Shown piece after piece: positions 29,430-40,818 of a stretch of 64,000 nucleotides of DNA. Position 1 is the first letter of the stretch. The number at the start of each line of letters is the position of its first letter. Below the pieces are notes generated by a model that saw only the letters and a list, made by a program, of their open reading frames with translations, was not told where the DNA came from and ran no database searches. This stretch comes from TPA_inf: Saccharomyces. Taxonomy: Eukaryota. The stretch lies in assembly GCA_000146045.2 (NCBI GenBank), contig BK006945.2, positions 768,001-832,000 of the forward strand, read 5' to 3'. Position numbers and translations under genes: made by a program.

Positions 29430-31592
29430 ATGGCCAAAAGAGTTGCCGATGCGCAAATACAGAGAGAAACGTACGATTCTAACGAGTCTGACGATGACGT
29501 GACTCCCTCCACTAAGGTTGCGTCATCTGCTGTGATGAATAGAAGAAAAATTGCCATGCCAAAGCGCAGGATGGCGTTCAAACCTTTTGGTTCTGCAAAA
29601 TCGGATGAAACCAAGCAGGCTAGTTCCTTTAGCTTCCTGAACCGGGCGGACGGCACTGGAGAAGCTCAGGTTGATAATAGCCCTACCACAGAAAGCAATT
29701 CCAGACTAAAAGCATTGAACCTCCAGTTCAAGGCTAAGGTTGATGACTTAGTTCTAGGCAAGCCGTTAGCGGACTTGAGGCCCCTTTTCACCAGGTACGA
29801 ATTATACATAAAGAATATCTTAGAAGCTCCCGTGAAATCTATCGAGAATCCAACGCAGACAAAGGGAAATGATGCTAAACCTGCCAAAGTAGAAGATGTC
29901 CAAAAAAGTTCCGATTCTTCATCTGAAGATGAGGTTAAGGTGGAGGGACCCAAGTTCACAATAGATGCTAAACCGCCTATTTCAGATTCCGTTTTCTCAT
30001 TTGGCCCAAAAAAAGAAAATCGCAAGAAAGATGAAAGTGATAGCGAAAACGATATAGAAATCAAGGGCCCTGAATTTAAATTTTCTGGAACTGTATCAAG
30101 TGATGTATTTAAGCTGAATCCAAGCACCGATAAAAATGAAAAGAAAACCGAGACTAATGCTAAACCATTTTCATTTTCTTCGGCCACTTCAACTACTGAA
30201 CAAACGAAGAGTAAAAATCCCCTTTCATTGACAGAAGCTACCAAGACCAATGTGGACAACAACAGTAAAGCCGAGGCTTCCTTCACTTTTGGAACAAAAC
30301 ATGCTGCGGATTCTCAAAATAATAAACCATCTTTTGTATTTGGTCAAGCAGCTGCAAAACCATCGCTAGAAAAGAGCTCATTCACGTTTGGTTCAACAAC
30401 AATTGAAAAAAAAAATGACGAAAACTCAACCTCTAACTCAAAACCTGAAAAGTCTAGTGATAGCAATGATTCAAACCCATCTTTTTCCTTTTCCATACCC
30501 AGTAAGAATACACCTGATGCATCTAAGCCATCTTTTAGTTTTGGGGTCCCAAACTCTTCCAAAAACGAAACTTCAAAACCGGTATTTTCGTTTGGTGCAG
30601 CAACACCATCGGCCAAAGAAGCTAGTCAGGAAGATGACAACAACAACGTTGAAAAACCTTCCTCTAAGCCTGCCTTCAATTTAATATCTAACGCTGGTAC
30701 CGAGAAAGAGAAGGAAAGTAAAAAGGACTCAAAGCCAGCTTTTTCATTTGGCATATCAAACGGAAGTGAAAGCAAAGACTCTGACAAACCCTCTTTACCC
30801 TCTGCGGTTGATGGTGAAAATGACAAGAAAGAAGCAACAAAACCTGCTTTTTCGTTTGGAATAAATACAAATACTACTAAAACCGCGGATACTAAAGCTC
30901 CAACTTTTACATTTGGCTCCTCTGCACTCGCTGACAATAAAGAGGATGTTAAGAAACCTTTTTCATTCGGTACCTCCCAGCCTAATAATACTCCATCCTT
31001 CTCATTCGGAAAAACAACAGCAAACTTGCCTGCTAATTCTTCAACATCTCCTGCTCCCTCTATACCATCGACGGGGTTCAAATTTTCTTTGCCATTTGAA
31101 CAAAAAGGTAGTCAAACAACTACAAATGATAGCAAGGAAGAATCAACAACAGAAGCAACTGGAAATGAGTCGCAAGATGCAACCAAAGTAGATGCTACCC
31201 CAGAAGAATCAAAGCCAATAAACTTGCAAAACGGTGAGGAAGACGAAGTGGCTTTATTTTCGCAAAAAGCAAAATTAATGACATTCAATGCTGAAACCAA
31301 ATCGTACGATTCAAGAGGCGTAGGCGAAATGAAGCTTTTGAAGAAAAAGGACGATCCTTCTAAAGTGCGCCTACTTTGTAGGTCTGACGGTATGGGTAAT
31401 GTATTACTAAATGCAACTGTTGTAGACTCCTTCAAATATGAGCCTTTAGCTCCCGGAAATGATAATCTCATTAAAGCTCCTACTGTTGCGGCTGATGGGA
31501 AACTTGTAACTTATATCGTCAAGTTTAAGCAGAAGGAAGAAGGCCGCTCATTTACGAAAGCTATTGAAGATGCTAAAAAAGAAATGAAATAA
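29430..31592 (+). CDS. NUP2: Nucleoporin Nup2 (720 aa; FxFG repeats, C-terminal Ran-binding domain)
   Basis: 720 aa. Many FSFG/FTFG/FVFG repeats are spaced by Ser/Lys-rich linkers, and the C-terminal about 130 aa resemble a RanBD. Confidence 0.93.
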   Translation: MAKRVADAQIQRETYDSNESDDDVTPSTKVASSAVMNRRKIAMPKRRMAFKPFGSAKSDETKQASSFSFLNRADGTGEAQVDNSPTTESNSRLKALNLQFKAKVDDLVLGKPLADLRPLFTRYELYIKNILEAPVKSIENPTQTKGNDAKPAKVEDVQKSSDSSSEDEVKVEGPKFTIDAKPPISDSVFSFGPKKENRKKDESDSENDIEIKGPEFKFSGTVSSDVFKLNPSTDKNEKKTETNAKPFSFSSATSTTEQTKSKNPLSLTEATKTNVDNNSKAEASFTFGTKHAADSQNNKPSFVFGQAAAKPSLEKSSFTFGSTTIEKKNDENSTSNSKPEKSSDSNDSNPSFSFSIPSKNTPDASKPSFSFGVPNSSKNETSKPVFSFGAATPSAKEASQEDDNNNVEKPSSKPAFNLISNAGTEKEKESKKDSKPAFSFGISNGSESKDSDKPSLPSAVDGENDKKEATKPAFSFGINTNTTKTADTKAPTFTFGSSALADNKEDVKKPFSFGTSQPNNTPSFSFGKTTANLPANSSTSPAPSIPSTGFKFSLPFEQKGSQTTTNDSKEESTTEATGNESQDATKVDATPEESKPINLQNGEEDEVALFSQKAKLMTFNAETKSYDSRGVGEMKLLKKKDDPSKVRLLCRSDGMGNVLLNATVVDSFKYEPLAPGNDNLIKAPTVAADGKLVTYIVKFKQKEEGRSFTKAIEDAKKEMK

Positions 31593-31696
31593 GAGTAAAT
31601 ACAGTTAACAATTTTAAATAGAATAGAACCCTCATATTTTGTAGCTCAAGGTTATAGTTGAGCAAATAAAGAATACAAAATTTATTCCAAAAAACA

Positions 31697-34396
31697 CTAC
31701 GAATCTATATTTTCCAGTTCTTTGTCTATAATAGATTTGGCAGCTTTTGAAGCCCAAGCCAATCTTCTTTCATCCCTATCAAAAGCTTTATCTCCTTTCT
31801 TTCCTGCAAGGAAATTATGGTATCTAAATTTCTTGTTAATAAACCACTTCAAACCTTTGAGAATGAATAGCATATTTTCCGATTTAACGTTCTTCGTTAA
31901 AACATCGCGCAAATAATCATCGGAGTAGATTATACGCTTATTTCCACTTTCATCCATCTTGAGTTTCTTCTCACTTTTTTTAGCTACAGTTAAAAATAAC
32001 TGAAATAGCAATATCTCCATAAATAACATCCCTTCTGTGTTTAATCCACCCATAAATGGAACATGCTTGAAAACATCTAATTTCAAAATGTCATTAGCAA
32101 GCAACGATCCAAAAAATCTCCCCTGATTTGAGATGCGAAGCAGTTTTTCTTTATCATCTAAATCATCTTCTTCGTCAGTATCGCTTTCAGAATCGAATTC
32201 TTTGTCTTCAAATTTTTTTATCACATCCCAGAATAGGAATTGAAACGACTTCGATAAATGGCTATACCTTTCACATATTTTGTTCGCGACCAATGCGTAG
32301 TAATGATTATAACCATTGGATCCACTATCAGCCAAAAGACAATGTAAAACAATTCTTGGAATTTCAAGAACTTGCTTATTTTTCAAGCTTAACTTTTCAA
32401 GTTTACTAAATGCATCCAGGTAATCTTGTGCAGACATAATACTTATAAATATAGCCCTTCGAATGTCAGTATTCATACGCTGTTGTCTGGCGATAATATT
32501 CCAATCTGGAATATCATCAAGAAGATCATCCTCGATTGAAATTTTAGATTTCTTGGACTTGCTGGCATCATTTTCATTATTGATCGAAACTTCAAAAGCA
32601 TTTTCCATGTTTCCTCGCCAAGAAGCACCAACCAGCCACCATTTCCCCTTGGAATCAATGTTTTTAATGTCTTCCAGAGAAACCTGTAAAGGCTCCCAAG
32701 AAGAAGAAGAATTCAAAATGCTTTGCAAGTTTTTCTTTAATGGATGATGATCAGTCGCCAAAATAGAAGGCTTTAACCTGTTGTTTTTCAAGTCAGACAT
32801 GGTATCCATTAAAAATCTCAATCTTGGGCTCTGCTCTTTTAAATTCTTGGCGTTCTTCAACAGTTCTGATCGTATATCTCTCAGGGCGGATGGATCATCA
32901 CCCCGGATCAGTTGTCCTGAAATCGATATAATTCGTAAAAGTAACTCAGTAGTGAATTCATTAGGATCTGCTACAAATATTCGAATAATGTCATAGATTA
33001 AGCGACACGAAACAAATCCAAAATTATAACAATACGATAGTAAGGTTGCAATATTGATGCATATTTTAGAGGAAATTTTGCTCTGCTGATCCTTTAATAT
33101 ATTTTCCATTTCCTCTTCGTAATGATGCAGAAATGCCTCTACCGTTTTTTGAATGAAAAAAGCACCCACCTCAATACCTCTTAGTTTTGATAATGTATAC
33201 GCAAGAGCAGCATAATTCATTATAAATCCGTCCAACAACTTCTGATTTTGGCTTATAATATTCAATATCCCTTTCGTTAACGATTCTGTAACGTACTGCC
33301 TAGGCAGGGAATCATACAATCTGTTTAAATCAGTGATAATAATAGTAATATTGGAGTCTGAAAGCTTATTCAAAGAGGAGTTGACCTTCTTGCTAATTTC
33401 AGACAAAGTACTATTGTTTTCACTATCATCCAATTTCTTTCTCAGTGATGGGGGAACATAGCTCTCTACAGATTGTGTGGGAGCTACATAGGGATTTTCC
33501 TTTTCTCTTCTATAATTATCATCCGAGTCCGCAACGCTGTCGTTATCAGATTCACTAAGCCCATCTGAGTCTTCAAAATCAGAAGCTGAAAGATCATCAT
33601 CCGAGGAAAATGCTTTCTCGCTTGCTTCATCATCTTTTCTCATAGAATTAGTTTCTGTGGCAAAATCTCCATACTCTTCGTCACTTTTGCCATAATTTTC
33701 AAAGTATTCCAAACCTTCAAGAAGTCCACCAATAGCATCAAATTCATCTTTTGCATGTATAGCCTTCCTTTCTCCTTTCAAGCCCAACTTTTTTGCGTAA
33801 TATTGCATGTCCATCTCGTCCCTTTCAAACGCTGATCTGTCTGAAGGGGCCAGCGGATAACTCACAAAATTCTCATTTGTATCTCTGTTACGAATATGTT
33901 TCTTTTCATATGAGTTACCTTTTATTTCTCCCGAGTTTTCAGCTCCTTGTATACCCTTTGCTTTCCGTTTCAATGATTCTAGTTTTTTCATTGTTTCTTC
34001 CGCAGACATTGCCTGCTCACCGCTTTCTTCTGCTACTTCATCAGTAAGCACTTCGTCACTATCCCAGTTTTCATTACTTTCTGATTCATCTGAAGAAATC
34101 GGATTTTTACCGTTAGCCTGCTTGCCTACGTTTTTCACACCTGCATTAGCACTCCTCTTTTCGGACGTTGGTGCTGATTTTAGCCGGCTGGAATTGATTT
34201 CTCTAGTTGATATAATTTTACGTTTCTTGTCGGCCCGTTCCATCTTTCTCTTTTCTTTACGGCTTAAATGTTTGCCATTTCCTCGTCTTCTCTTTTTTCC
34301 TTCTGAAATAGAAAACCTTTCATCTTGACTGTAGTCAAGAGTCTTCAACTCGTCCAAAATAACGCCTGGAATTCTAATACCATCTGTTTTTTGCAT
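31697..34396 (-). CDS. SGD1: Nucleolar MIF4G/MA3-domain protein Sgd1 (899 aa)
   Basis: 899-aa ORF with a basic/acidic N-terminus. Length and position match YLR336C. Confidence 0.9.
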   Translation of the reverse strand: MQKTDGIRIPGVILDELKTLDYSQDERFSISEGKKRRRGNGKHLSRKEKRKMERADKKRKIISTREINSSRLKSAPTSEKRSANAGVKNVGKQANGKNPISSDESESNENWDSDEVLTDEVAEESGEQAMSAEETMKKLESLKRKAKGIQGAENSGEIKGNSYEKKHIRNRDTNENFVSYPLAPSDRSAFERDEMDMQYYAKKLGLKGERKAIHAKDEFDAIGGLLEGLEYFENYGKSDEEYGDFATETNSMRKDDEASEKAFSSDDDLSASDFEDSDGLSESDNDSVADSDDNYRREKENPYVAPTQSVESYVPPSLRKKLDDSENNSTLSEISKKVNSSLNKLSDSNITIIITDLNRLYDSLPRQYVTESLTKGILNIISQNQKLLDGFIMNYAALAYTLSKLRGIEVGAFFIQKTVEAFLHHYEEEMENILKDQQSKISSKICINIATLLSYCYNFGFVSCRLIYDIIRIFVADPNEFTTELLLRIISISGQLIRGDDPSALRDIRSELLKNAKNLKEQSPRLRFLMDTMSDLKNNRLKPSILATDHHPLKKNLQSILNSSSSWEPLQVSLEDIKNIDSKGKWWLVGASWRGNMENAFEVSINNENDASKSKKSKISIEDDLLDDIPDWNIIARQQRMNTDIRRAIFISIMSAQDYLDAFSKLEKLSLKNKQVLEIPRIVLHCLLADSGSNGYNHYYALVANKICERYSHLSKSFQFLFWDVIKKFEDKEFDSESDTDEEDDLDDKEKLLRISNQGRFFGSLLANDILKLDVFKHVPFMGGLNTEGMLFMEILLFQLFLTVAKKSEKKLKMDESGNKRIIYSDDYLRDVLTKNVKSENMLFILKGLKWFINKKFRYHNFLAGKKGDKAFDRDERRLAWASKAAKSIIDKELENIDS

Positions 34397-34652
34397 TGCC
34401 TCAATATTCTGCAGCTGTGGACTGGCTATCTTTAGTTAAGATGAGGCTTCGTAAGTAAGTTCAGTAGTCTTGTAAGCTCATCGCATTTTTTTTTTTTTGC
34501 TGGATTTTATATTTTTCACAGCGAAAAGGACGGGAAGCTAAAAGATTAAAAAATAAATATTGCAGATACCATATGTAATTTAGTAAAATATTTTTATAAA
34601 ATATTATTATTTTCTTGTTCTTCAGTGATTTATTGTAACCATGGAGAAATGC

Positions 34653-37106
34653 TCACGTAAATAATGTTAAGTCCAATGGCACACTACTACCCTTTCCACT
34701 TGGATACAGTTTTGTTTTATTTTGAAAGGGACGTGGCTTAGGCATTTGTGACACATTAGTCCATTTAAATCTTGAATCATCTATAACAATTCTTTCATTT
34801 CCAGATTTGGCCCCAACGATAGAATTCGATCCCCCTATCGTATACCTACCTACATCAACATCTGGTTGATTTGTATGCGTATTATGCTTGTGTTGCAGCG
34901 TCGATCCACCTGTAGAAAATAACCGTTGTTTAAGGTTTTTACTGGGGCTATTAGAGGTACCGGTATCCATCGTAGATGGACTTGGTGGTGGGGGTGGCGA
35001 CTTAGTGGGGTTCTTCGAAATTGATTCAGTTTCGGTACGAACGGAAAGTGTAGGCGCAACAGGAGGAGGTGATGGTATTGATGTAGACACGGATTGCTGA
35101 GGCAGACTTGGTGCACTAAATGTTGGCAATGGCGGAGCAGCTGCAACAGGAGGAGAAGGAGGTTTTTCGAGATTCGAGGAGGGAAGAACATCGTGTAATA
35201 AAGAAGCGGCGGGGACATTATTCTTGCTATCATCTGATAAAACTGGTGGAACTGGTGGAGGTGGAACGTGTCCAGGCAGTGCAGGGGCCTTTGCTTTTTT
35301 CATCCCTAACACAGTCTCACTCTTATCATTGGTGTGGTCATCACCTGATGCAGTTGGAGTCGGTAGCGATGTTATAGGAGGAGGAGGTGCACTAGGAGGC
35401 AAAGGAGGCGCCATAGCATCCGTATGGGGGGGTGGTGCGTTAAAAGCATTCGATGATGTTTGCTTATGTAATTTGGATTCAATTTCATCCAGAAACGACA
35501 TACCATTTTGGCTACTCTGTTTAGGCGGGTTTATAGATGGAGAAATAGGAGAAGGTCTTACGTTATCATCCTTAGATGAACCTATTACATCCTCTTGTTT
35601 ATCTTGGGTAGTGTATCCAGTATCACCACCAACCACGAATCTATCATCTCTCTTCTTTTGGATCTCAGCAAGAAATGGTAAGGGTCCCCCAGGTGTTACG
35701 GCCGAGGAAGAACTGGATGAAGATATTTTGGATTGCTTACTGGACGCTGAGGGTTTGTTTGTCGTGAGTGTTGGAGGAGGAGGAGGAGCCGATGGTACTG
35801 ACGTTGCAACCGAAGGAGGAGGAGGAGGTGGTAGTGGTGCTAAAGGAATAGATGATGCTGACAAGGCAGAGGATGTTGAAAAAGCACCAGGTGGTGGGGG
35901 AGGAGGAGGTGGTGGCGCGGGCATTGACGATGCTTTGTTAGGAGGAACTGATGTAGTATTTGGTAACGGTGGTGCTAAAGTTGGGGGAACCGGGGTTGCT
36001 TTTACGCTGTTAGTCGACGCAGAGCTCATGGCTGCTGGTAGTGGTGGTGGAGGCGGAGCTGGAGCTGAAGTTGCTTTTTTAGGTGCAGAGGTCACATTTG
36101 GTAACGATGGTGGAGGTGGTGCAGTAGGCGGTAATGGCGGAGCATGTGATGTAGGAATGGGCGGAGCAGATGATGGAAGTGGTGGTTGTGAAGGAGATTT
36201 ATGATTTTCGGTTTGAATCTTTGTGGAAGAAACGCCCTCGACGGCTCCTCGTTCAGACCTCCTGGCATTAATTTCTGCCAAAAATGGCAACCCGCCTGCA
36301 GGAACTTCAGAAGATGGTGGTGAGACTGCGTTATCTGTAGGTTTAATGTTTTTTGAGTCCAGGCCAATTGTTGGAGTTGGGGGAGGGGGTGGAGCTTGTG
36401 GAGGGTTGCTAACATGTGTTGGCAGAGACGCTGAAGGCAAAGGGGGTGCTGACACACTAGGAAGAGAAATATTAGAGCTTTTTCTTTGGTGGCTTCTGTG
36501 TGCTGGCCTTACTGAAGGCATATGCGGTCTATTTTGCGGTACCTTTGGAGCAGAGGCACCTGATAATGGAAGCGGTGGTGCTGGAGATGATGGTACAATG
36601 GGAATAGGAGGGGCCGCAGAAGATGGAATATCAGGAATTGGAGGTGCAGAAGACGAGGGAATACTAGGAACAGCGGGTGCTGGTGATAATGGTGCATTAG
36701 GAATGGGGGGAGCCGCAACAGATGGCACCGCGCCCGGAATTGGCGGTGCGCTCGCCGATGGAGAGGGTTTAGTGCTTGCATTGTTATTGATATGTTTTAA
36801 CTTCGGTATACCTCCAGCTAAAATATCGCCCAACTGCGGAGCGCCCATCCCAGGGATTGGAGGAGCTGACATAGAGGGTCCTTTACTACTGACGGTACCA
36901 GAACTTCCTGAGGCCGATGAAACGACACCACCTCCCACGATTGGGGCACTTCTATCATTGGTCTCAGCTTTCTTTAGTTTCATTCCCTTTCTAATGTCAC
37001 CTAACAGGGCGTCACGGCCCTGCATCACAGATTTTGCCGGTTTAGGAGCACTACCACCTAATGCTGGTGGAGGCGGTGGAGGAGGAGGAGCTGGAGCACC
37101 TGCCAT
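34653..37106 (-). CDS. VRP1: Verprolin (817 aa; WH2 N-terminus, extreme Pro-rich body)
   Basis: 817 aa. Starts MAGAPAPPPPPPPPALGG, contains a WH2-like segment (RDALLGDIRKGMKLKK), and is mostly APPIP/PPPPP repeats. Confidence 0.93.
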   Translation of the reverse strand: MAGAPAPPPPPPPPALGGSAPKPAKSVMQGRDALLGDIRKGMKLKKAETNDRSAPIVGGGVVSSASGSSGTVSSKGPSMSAPPIPGMGAPQLGDILAGGIPKLKHINNNASTKPSPSASAPPIPGAVPSVAAPPIPNAPLSPAPAVPSIPSSSAPPIPDIPSSAAPPIPIVPSSPAPPLPLSGASAPKVPQNRPHMPSVRPAHRSHQRKSSNISLPSVSAPPLPSASLPTHVSNPPQAPPPPPTPTIGLDSKNIKPTDNAVSPPSSEVPAGGLPFLAEINARRSERGAVEGVSSTKIQTENHKSPSQPPLPSSAPPIPTSHAPPLPPTAPPPPSLPNVTSAPKKATSAPAPPPPPLPAAMSSASTNSVKATPVPPTLAPPLPNTTSVPPNKASSMPAPPPPPPPPPGAFSTSSALSASSIPLAPLPPPPPPSVATSVPSAPPPPPTLTTNKPSASSKQSKISSSSSSSAVTPGGPLPFLAEIQKKRDDRFVVGGDTGYTTQDKQEDVIGSSKDDNVRPSPISPSINPPKQSSQNGMSFLDEIESKLHKQTSSNAFNAPPPHTDAMAPPLPPSAPPPPITSLPTPTASGDDHTNDKSETVLGMKKAKAPALPGHVPPPPVPPVLSDDSKNNVPAASLLHDVLPSSNLEKPPSPPVAAAPPLPTFSAPSLPQQSVSTSIPSPPPVAPTLSVRTETESISKNPTKSPPPPPSPSTMDTGTSNSPSKNLKQRLFSTGGSTLQHKHNTHTNQPDVDVGRYTIGGSNSIVGAKSGNERIVIDDSRFKWTNVSQMPKPRPFQNKTKLYPSGKGSSVPLDLTLFT

Positions 37107-37622
37107 TTCAACAATTCGTTATATATATGGTAGGCTTCTTCAACAAACGGTTGTGCGCTTTTTAGTCGTATGCTTTGTCTCATATCAAAAACTTTCTTCA
37201 TAAGTTTATAATTTTAGATTTTGTTCAAGTATTTACTGACTGTGCGGATTATTCTTAAGGCCCCTATTTGAGGACGGCGGCCGCACCCGTAAGCAGTGAC
37301 TAGGTTATGAACATTTCATTCTTTCTAAAGACGCTTTTAGCAAGCTTCATACAGGATAGTAGGATTTGAAGGCTAACATTGTGATTCCATCCTCTGTCAA
37401 TGTTTCGTAACTTGAATATTTGCGACTTTTTCCATCTTTTGTGAGCTAAAATTTTTATCTTGCCCTTGTAATTTGAACTTAAAAGAGAATACAGCAATGT
37501 AGCGGACAAACCGAACATTGAAATTACCATTTTAATTGTAACTTATCTTGAAGGAGTTCCATACCGTATGTTATCAAGATACTTCTCAGGGCAATATCTA
37601 CATTTACATATTTGCCTGCTTA

Positions 37623-37636
37623 ACATCCGAACATTT
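37623..37636 (+). promoter_or_regulatory. Rap1 binding site (ACATCCGAACATTT) upstream of RPP0
   Basis: Good match to ACAYCCRTACATYW, about 250 bp upstream of the RPP0 ATG. This is a typical position for ribosomal-protein gene promoters. Confidence 0.55.
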
Positions 37637-37886
37637 CACATTTTGATTATTTCGAGAAAAAAGTCAAAAAATTTCTCAAAGAAAAAAGAAGTAATGCCGA
37701 ACTGAGAGTGAATGCATCACATCGTTGCGAAAAACTGGTAAAAAATGACTTCAAGTTATAAGTAAATGAAAGATTAACAATATCTAATTCTCGATTCTTT
37801 TTTCAAGTTTCAGCCATAAGATACATAAGCGGAATACCTTTAAACATCCTGCAAACAGTCTAATAAATACGTATAATAAGTTTGAA

Positions 37887-38825
37887 ATGGGAGGCATTCG
37901 TGAAAAGAAAGCTGAATACTTTGCTAAATTAAGAGAATACTTGGAAGAATACAAGTCTTTGTTCGTTGTTGGTGTTGACAATGTTTCTTCCCAACAAATG
38001 CACGAAGTCAGAAAGGAATTGAGAGGCAGAGCTGTCGTCTTGATGGGTAAGAACACCATGGTTAGAAGAGCCATCAGAGGTTTCTTATCCGACTTGCCAG
38101 ACTTCGAAAAGTTGTTGCCTTTTGTCAAAGGTAACGTTGGTTTCGTTTTCACTAACGAACCATTGACTGAAATCAAGAACGTTATTGTCTCTAACAGAGT
38201 TGCTGCTCCAGCCAGAGCTGGTGCCGTTGCTCCAGAAGACATCTGGGTTAGAGCCGTCAACACTGGTATGGAACCAGGTAAGACTTCTTTCTTCCAAGCT
38301 TTGGGTGTCCCAACCAAGATTGCCAGAGGTACCATTGAAATTGTTTCTGATGTCAAGGTCGTTGACGCCGGTAACAAGGTCGGTCAATCTGAAGCTTCCT
38401 TGTTGAACTTGTTGAACATCTCTCCATTCACTTTCGGTTTGACTGTTGTTCAAGTTTACGACAACGGTCAAGTGTTCCCATCTTCTATCTTGGATATCAC
38501 CGATGAAGAATTGGTTTCTCACTTCGTTTCCGCTGTCAGCACCATTGCTTCTATCTCTTTGGCTATTGGTTACCCAACCTTGCCATCTGTCGGTCACACT
38601 TTGATCAACAACTACAAGGACTTGTTAGCTGTTGCCATTGCTGCTTCCTACCACTACCCTGAAATTGAAGATTTGGTTGACAGAATTGAAAACCCAGAAA
38701 AGTACGCTGCTGCTGCTCCAGCTGCTACCTCCGCTGCTTCCGGTGACGCTGCTCCAGCTGAAGAAGCTGCTGCTGAAGAAGAAGAAGAATCTGATGACGA
38801 CATGGGTTTCGGTTTATTCGATTAA
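37887..38825 (+). CDS. RPP0: Ribosomal stalk protein P0 / uL10 (312 aa)
   Basis: [47 protein letters not shown]... ends with the acidic stalk tail [13 protein letters not shown]. Codon usage is strongly biased. Confidence 0.96.
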   Translation: MGGIREKKAEYFAKLREYLEEYKSLFVVGVDNVSSQQMHEVRKELRGRAVVLMGKNTMVRRAIRGFLSDLPDFEKLLPFVKGNVGFVFTNEPLTEIKNVIVSNRVAAPARAGAVAPEDIWVRAVNTGMEPGKTSFFQALGVPTKIARGTIEIVSDVKVVDAGNKVGQSEASLLNLLNISPFTFGLTVVQVYDNGQVFPSSILDITDEELVSHFVSAVSTIASISLAIGYPTLPSVGHTLINNYKDLLAVAIAASYHYPEIEDLVDRIENPEKYAAAAPAATSAASGDAAPAEEAAAEEEEESDDDMGFGLFD

Positions 38826-39232
38826 GAAGTGCAACATGAATTATTAAGTTAATTTCATATATACTATTTTATAATTAAATAACATTAATCCTCATTGATT
38901 CATTTTATTCATGATAATGTACTGTCCGGTTCCTTGCGCTAGCCTGAGTTAGTCTCCGAATACCTGGCGATTTTCATATATTCTGAGCGGCTCTGGACAC
39001 CTAACTGGATAAAAATACTTCCACTTAATGTAGTTTGGTTTTCTAGTTCATACGGACTATTTCAAAGTTCATGATTTGATGAGAGAAAGTAGCTATACTA
39101 TCTTCCCAATTTACGCTTGTCTCTGAACAAAGGTTTTTATCCTTTATATGCTTATTGAAATACTGAGAATACCAAAAGTTGTCTTTTTCTCTACTATCGC
39201 TTGATTCTTTCAAGACGTCGGATATAAGAAAT

Positions 39233-39241
39233 GTCACAAAA
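39233..39241 (+). promoter_or_regulatory. Middle sporulation element (GTCACAAAA; Ndt80 site) upstream of SPO77
   Basis: Perfect match to gNCRCAAAW, about 145 bp upstream of the SPO77 ATG. Confidence 0.5.
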
Positions 39242-39384
39242 TCAAAAATAGCTGCGAGGAAATAATGAAGAAAAGTAAAAGACGAAACTACTGCTTCGAT
39301 GAGAGGTGAGCAGAAGCTCCCATAAAAAAAAAAACCTATCTTGCAGTATTTCTATGTTCCTTAAGAGATCAATAGAAGTAGAAT

Positions 39385-40818
39385 ATGTTTCGAAGGGGAG
39401 ATAATTCAAATTTTAACGTACAAAATAGCTTCTTTCTTCCTTTGGAATACGAATATACCGTAAAAGATAATGTACCTTCAAAAAAAAAGAGTAGTATAGG
39501 TTTTTTTCCATTAGATGATTCTTTATTCACATCAAAAAACAATTCAGGGCACCATAAAAGCGAACAGCTCCATCGCGGTAATGCAGAAACTATCAGAAGC
39601 CAGTTTGGAACTGACGCAGTTCCGATAAGGATCGATGAGAAAGAAGGAAAGTGGGATAGAATTCAAGATGATAATTCTTCTAATTTAAACTACCAAATTA
39701 ACAACAGTAATGACCCAGCTTCGAGTGGTAAATATACCCAGAGTATTGACTGTAACCATATAGCGGAGTCAAAATTTTCAAAAAAAAATGGAAACATTGA
39801 TAGTCTTCGTTCAAACTCAGCAACTTTTATGCTAAATACTGCAGATGAAGACGTGATAGAATTTAGTTTTGACGATAATGTCCCTTATGCTGAGTTATTA
39901 TCTGGTGCCACCCTTGAAAAATGTTCGTTGACTCTAAATGAAATAAACAAAAAACTATTCAATACGCTCTATGACTTTCGAGTAAGCAAAGATAATCCCG
40001 AAGAAAATTTGGTAGAACTAATACTTCCGAACTGCGTGGTGTTATTAAACTTTTTTGAAGACATTGAACTCTTGGCCGACTCTTCTGATGAGGCTTTCGA
40101 AAAATCTACTTTCATTAACACAATTGAGTTCATTGTGCACGATATTTGGGTCGAAACGTTGATAAAGAACATAAACTTATTACAAATGTTTGATGCAGAT
40201 TTGAAATGCTACAATGACAAGTACATAATTTGCAAGCTAAAGGGTCAGTATCCCTCCACAAATATAGTGGACATAATGTGCCGTTTGAAGCATTTTTCCA
40301 ATTCTATTTTGGAAACTTTCAAATTCGGAATCGAGCTAAAAGAACAAGATCAATGCCACAATAGAAACACTATTATCAACTACGTTCTTTTCAGTAGAGT
40401 ATTTTCAACGATTGTTTTAGAGATTCAAAAATGCTTTATCTTGATCGTTAAGTTCATGTATTCTGTCAATTTTTTAGAAAAATTTTCCGATGAAGTATTT
40501 TTGTCATTTATTGAAATTCTCATAAAAATTGTCTTTGAGCACCAGATTCCGCAGTTATTTTTGGGAATTGATGAAATTATTCAACTCTGGTTAAAGAACA
40601 ATGAAGGAAAACGGCAACAACTCTTGAGCGCTTGGTGCAACGGAACTGTTCAAGATATGAAGCAAAGCCAACAAAGAGAGTCCTCAAACGCAGAATCTGA
40701 ATCAATCACTTCAAGTACAGAAGAGGACGAAGAAGGCCTCCAATTCAATAAATGGGATGTGATTGAACCATTTATTGATAATATCAAGGCTTTGAATCAA
40801 TCAAAATCCCATATGTGA
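39385..40818 (+). CDS. SPO77: Sporulation-specific protein Spo77 (477 aa)
   Basis: 477-aa ORF. Length and position (between RPP0 and FKS1) match YLR341W. Confidence 0.88.
   Translation: MFRRGDNSNFNVQNSFFLPLEYEYTVKDNVPSKKKSSIGFFPLDDSLFTSKNNSGHHKSEQLHRGNAETIRSQFGTDAVPIRIDEKEGKWDRIQDDNSSNLNYQINNSNDPASSGKYTQSIDCNHIAESKFSKKNGNIDSLRSNSATFMLNTADEDVIEFSFDDNVPYAELLSGATLEKCSLTLNEINKKLFNTLYDFRVSKDNPEENLVELILPNCVVLLNFFEDIELLADSSDEAFEKSTFINTIEFIVHDIWVETLIKNINLLQMFDADLKCYNDKYIICKLKGQYPSTNIVDIMCRLKHFSNSILETFKFGIELKEQDQCHNRNTIINYVLFSRVFSTIVLEIQKCFILIVKFMYSVNFLEKFSDEVFLSFIEILIKIVFEHQIPQLFLGIDEIIQLWLKNNEGKRQQLLSAWCNGTVQDMKQSQQRESSNAESESITSSTEEDEEGLQFNKWDVIEPFIDNIKALNQSKSHM

Noticed and set aside
35224-37203. 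Two 326-aa Gly-rich ORFs on the + strand (35224..36204 and 36223..37203)
   Set aside because: They are the antisense image of the Pro-rich (CCN-rich) VRP1 coding sequence. GGN codons on the opposite strand lack stops by composition. They have low complexity, no independent start context, and correspond to the dubious OPI9/YLR338W-type calls.
38085-38597. 170-aa ORF antisense to RPP0
   Set aside because: It is opposite a very highly expressed, codon-biased ribosomal-protein gene (YLR339C dubious).
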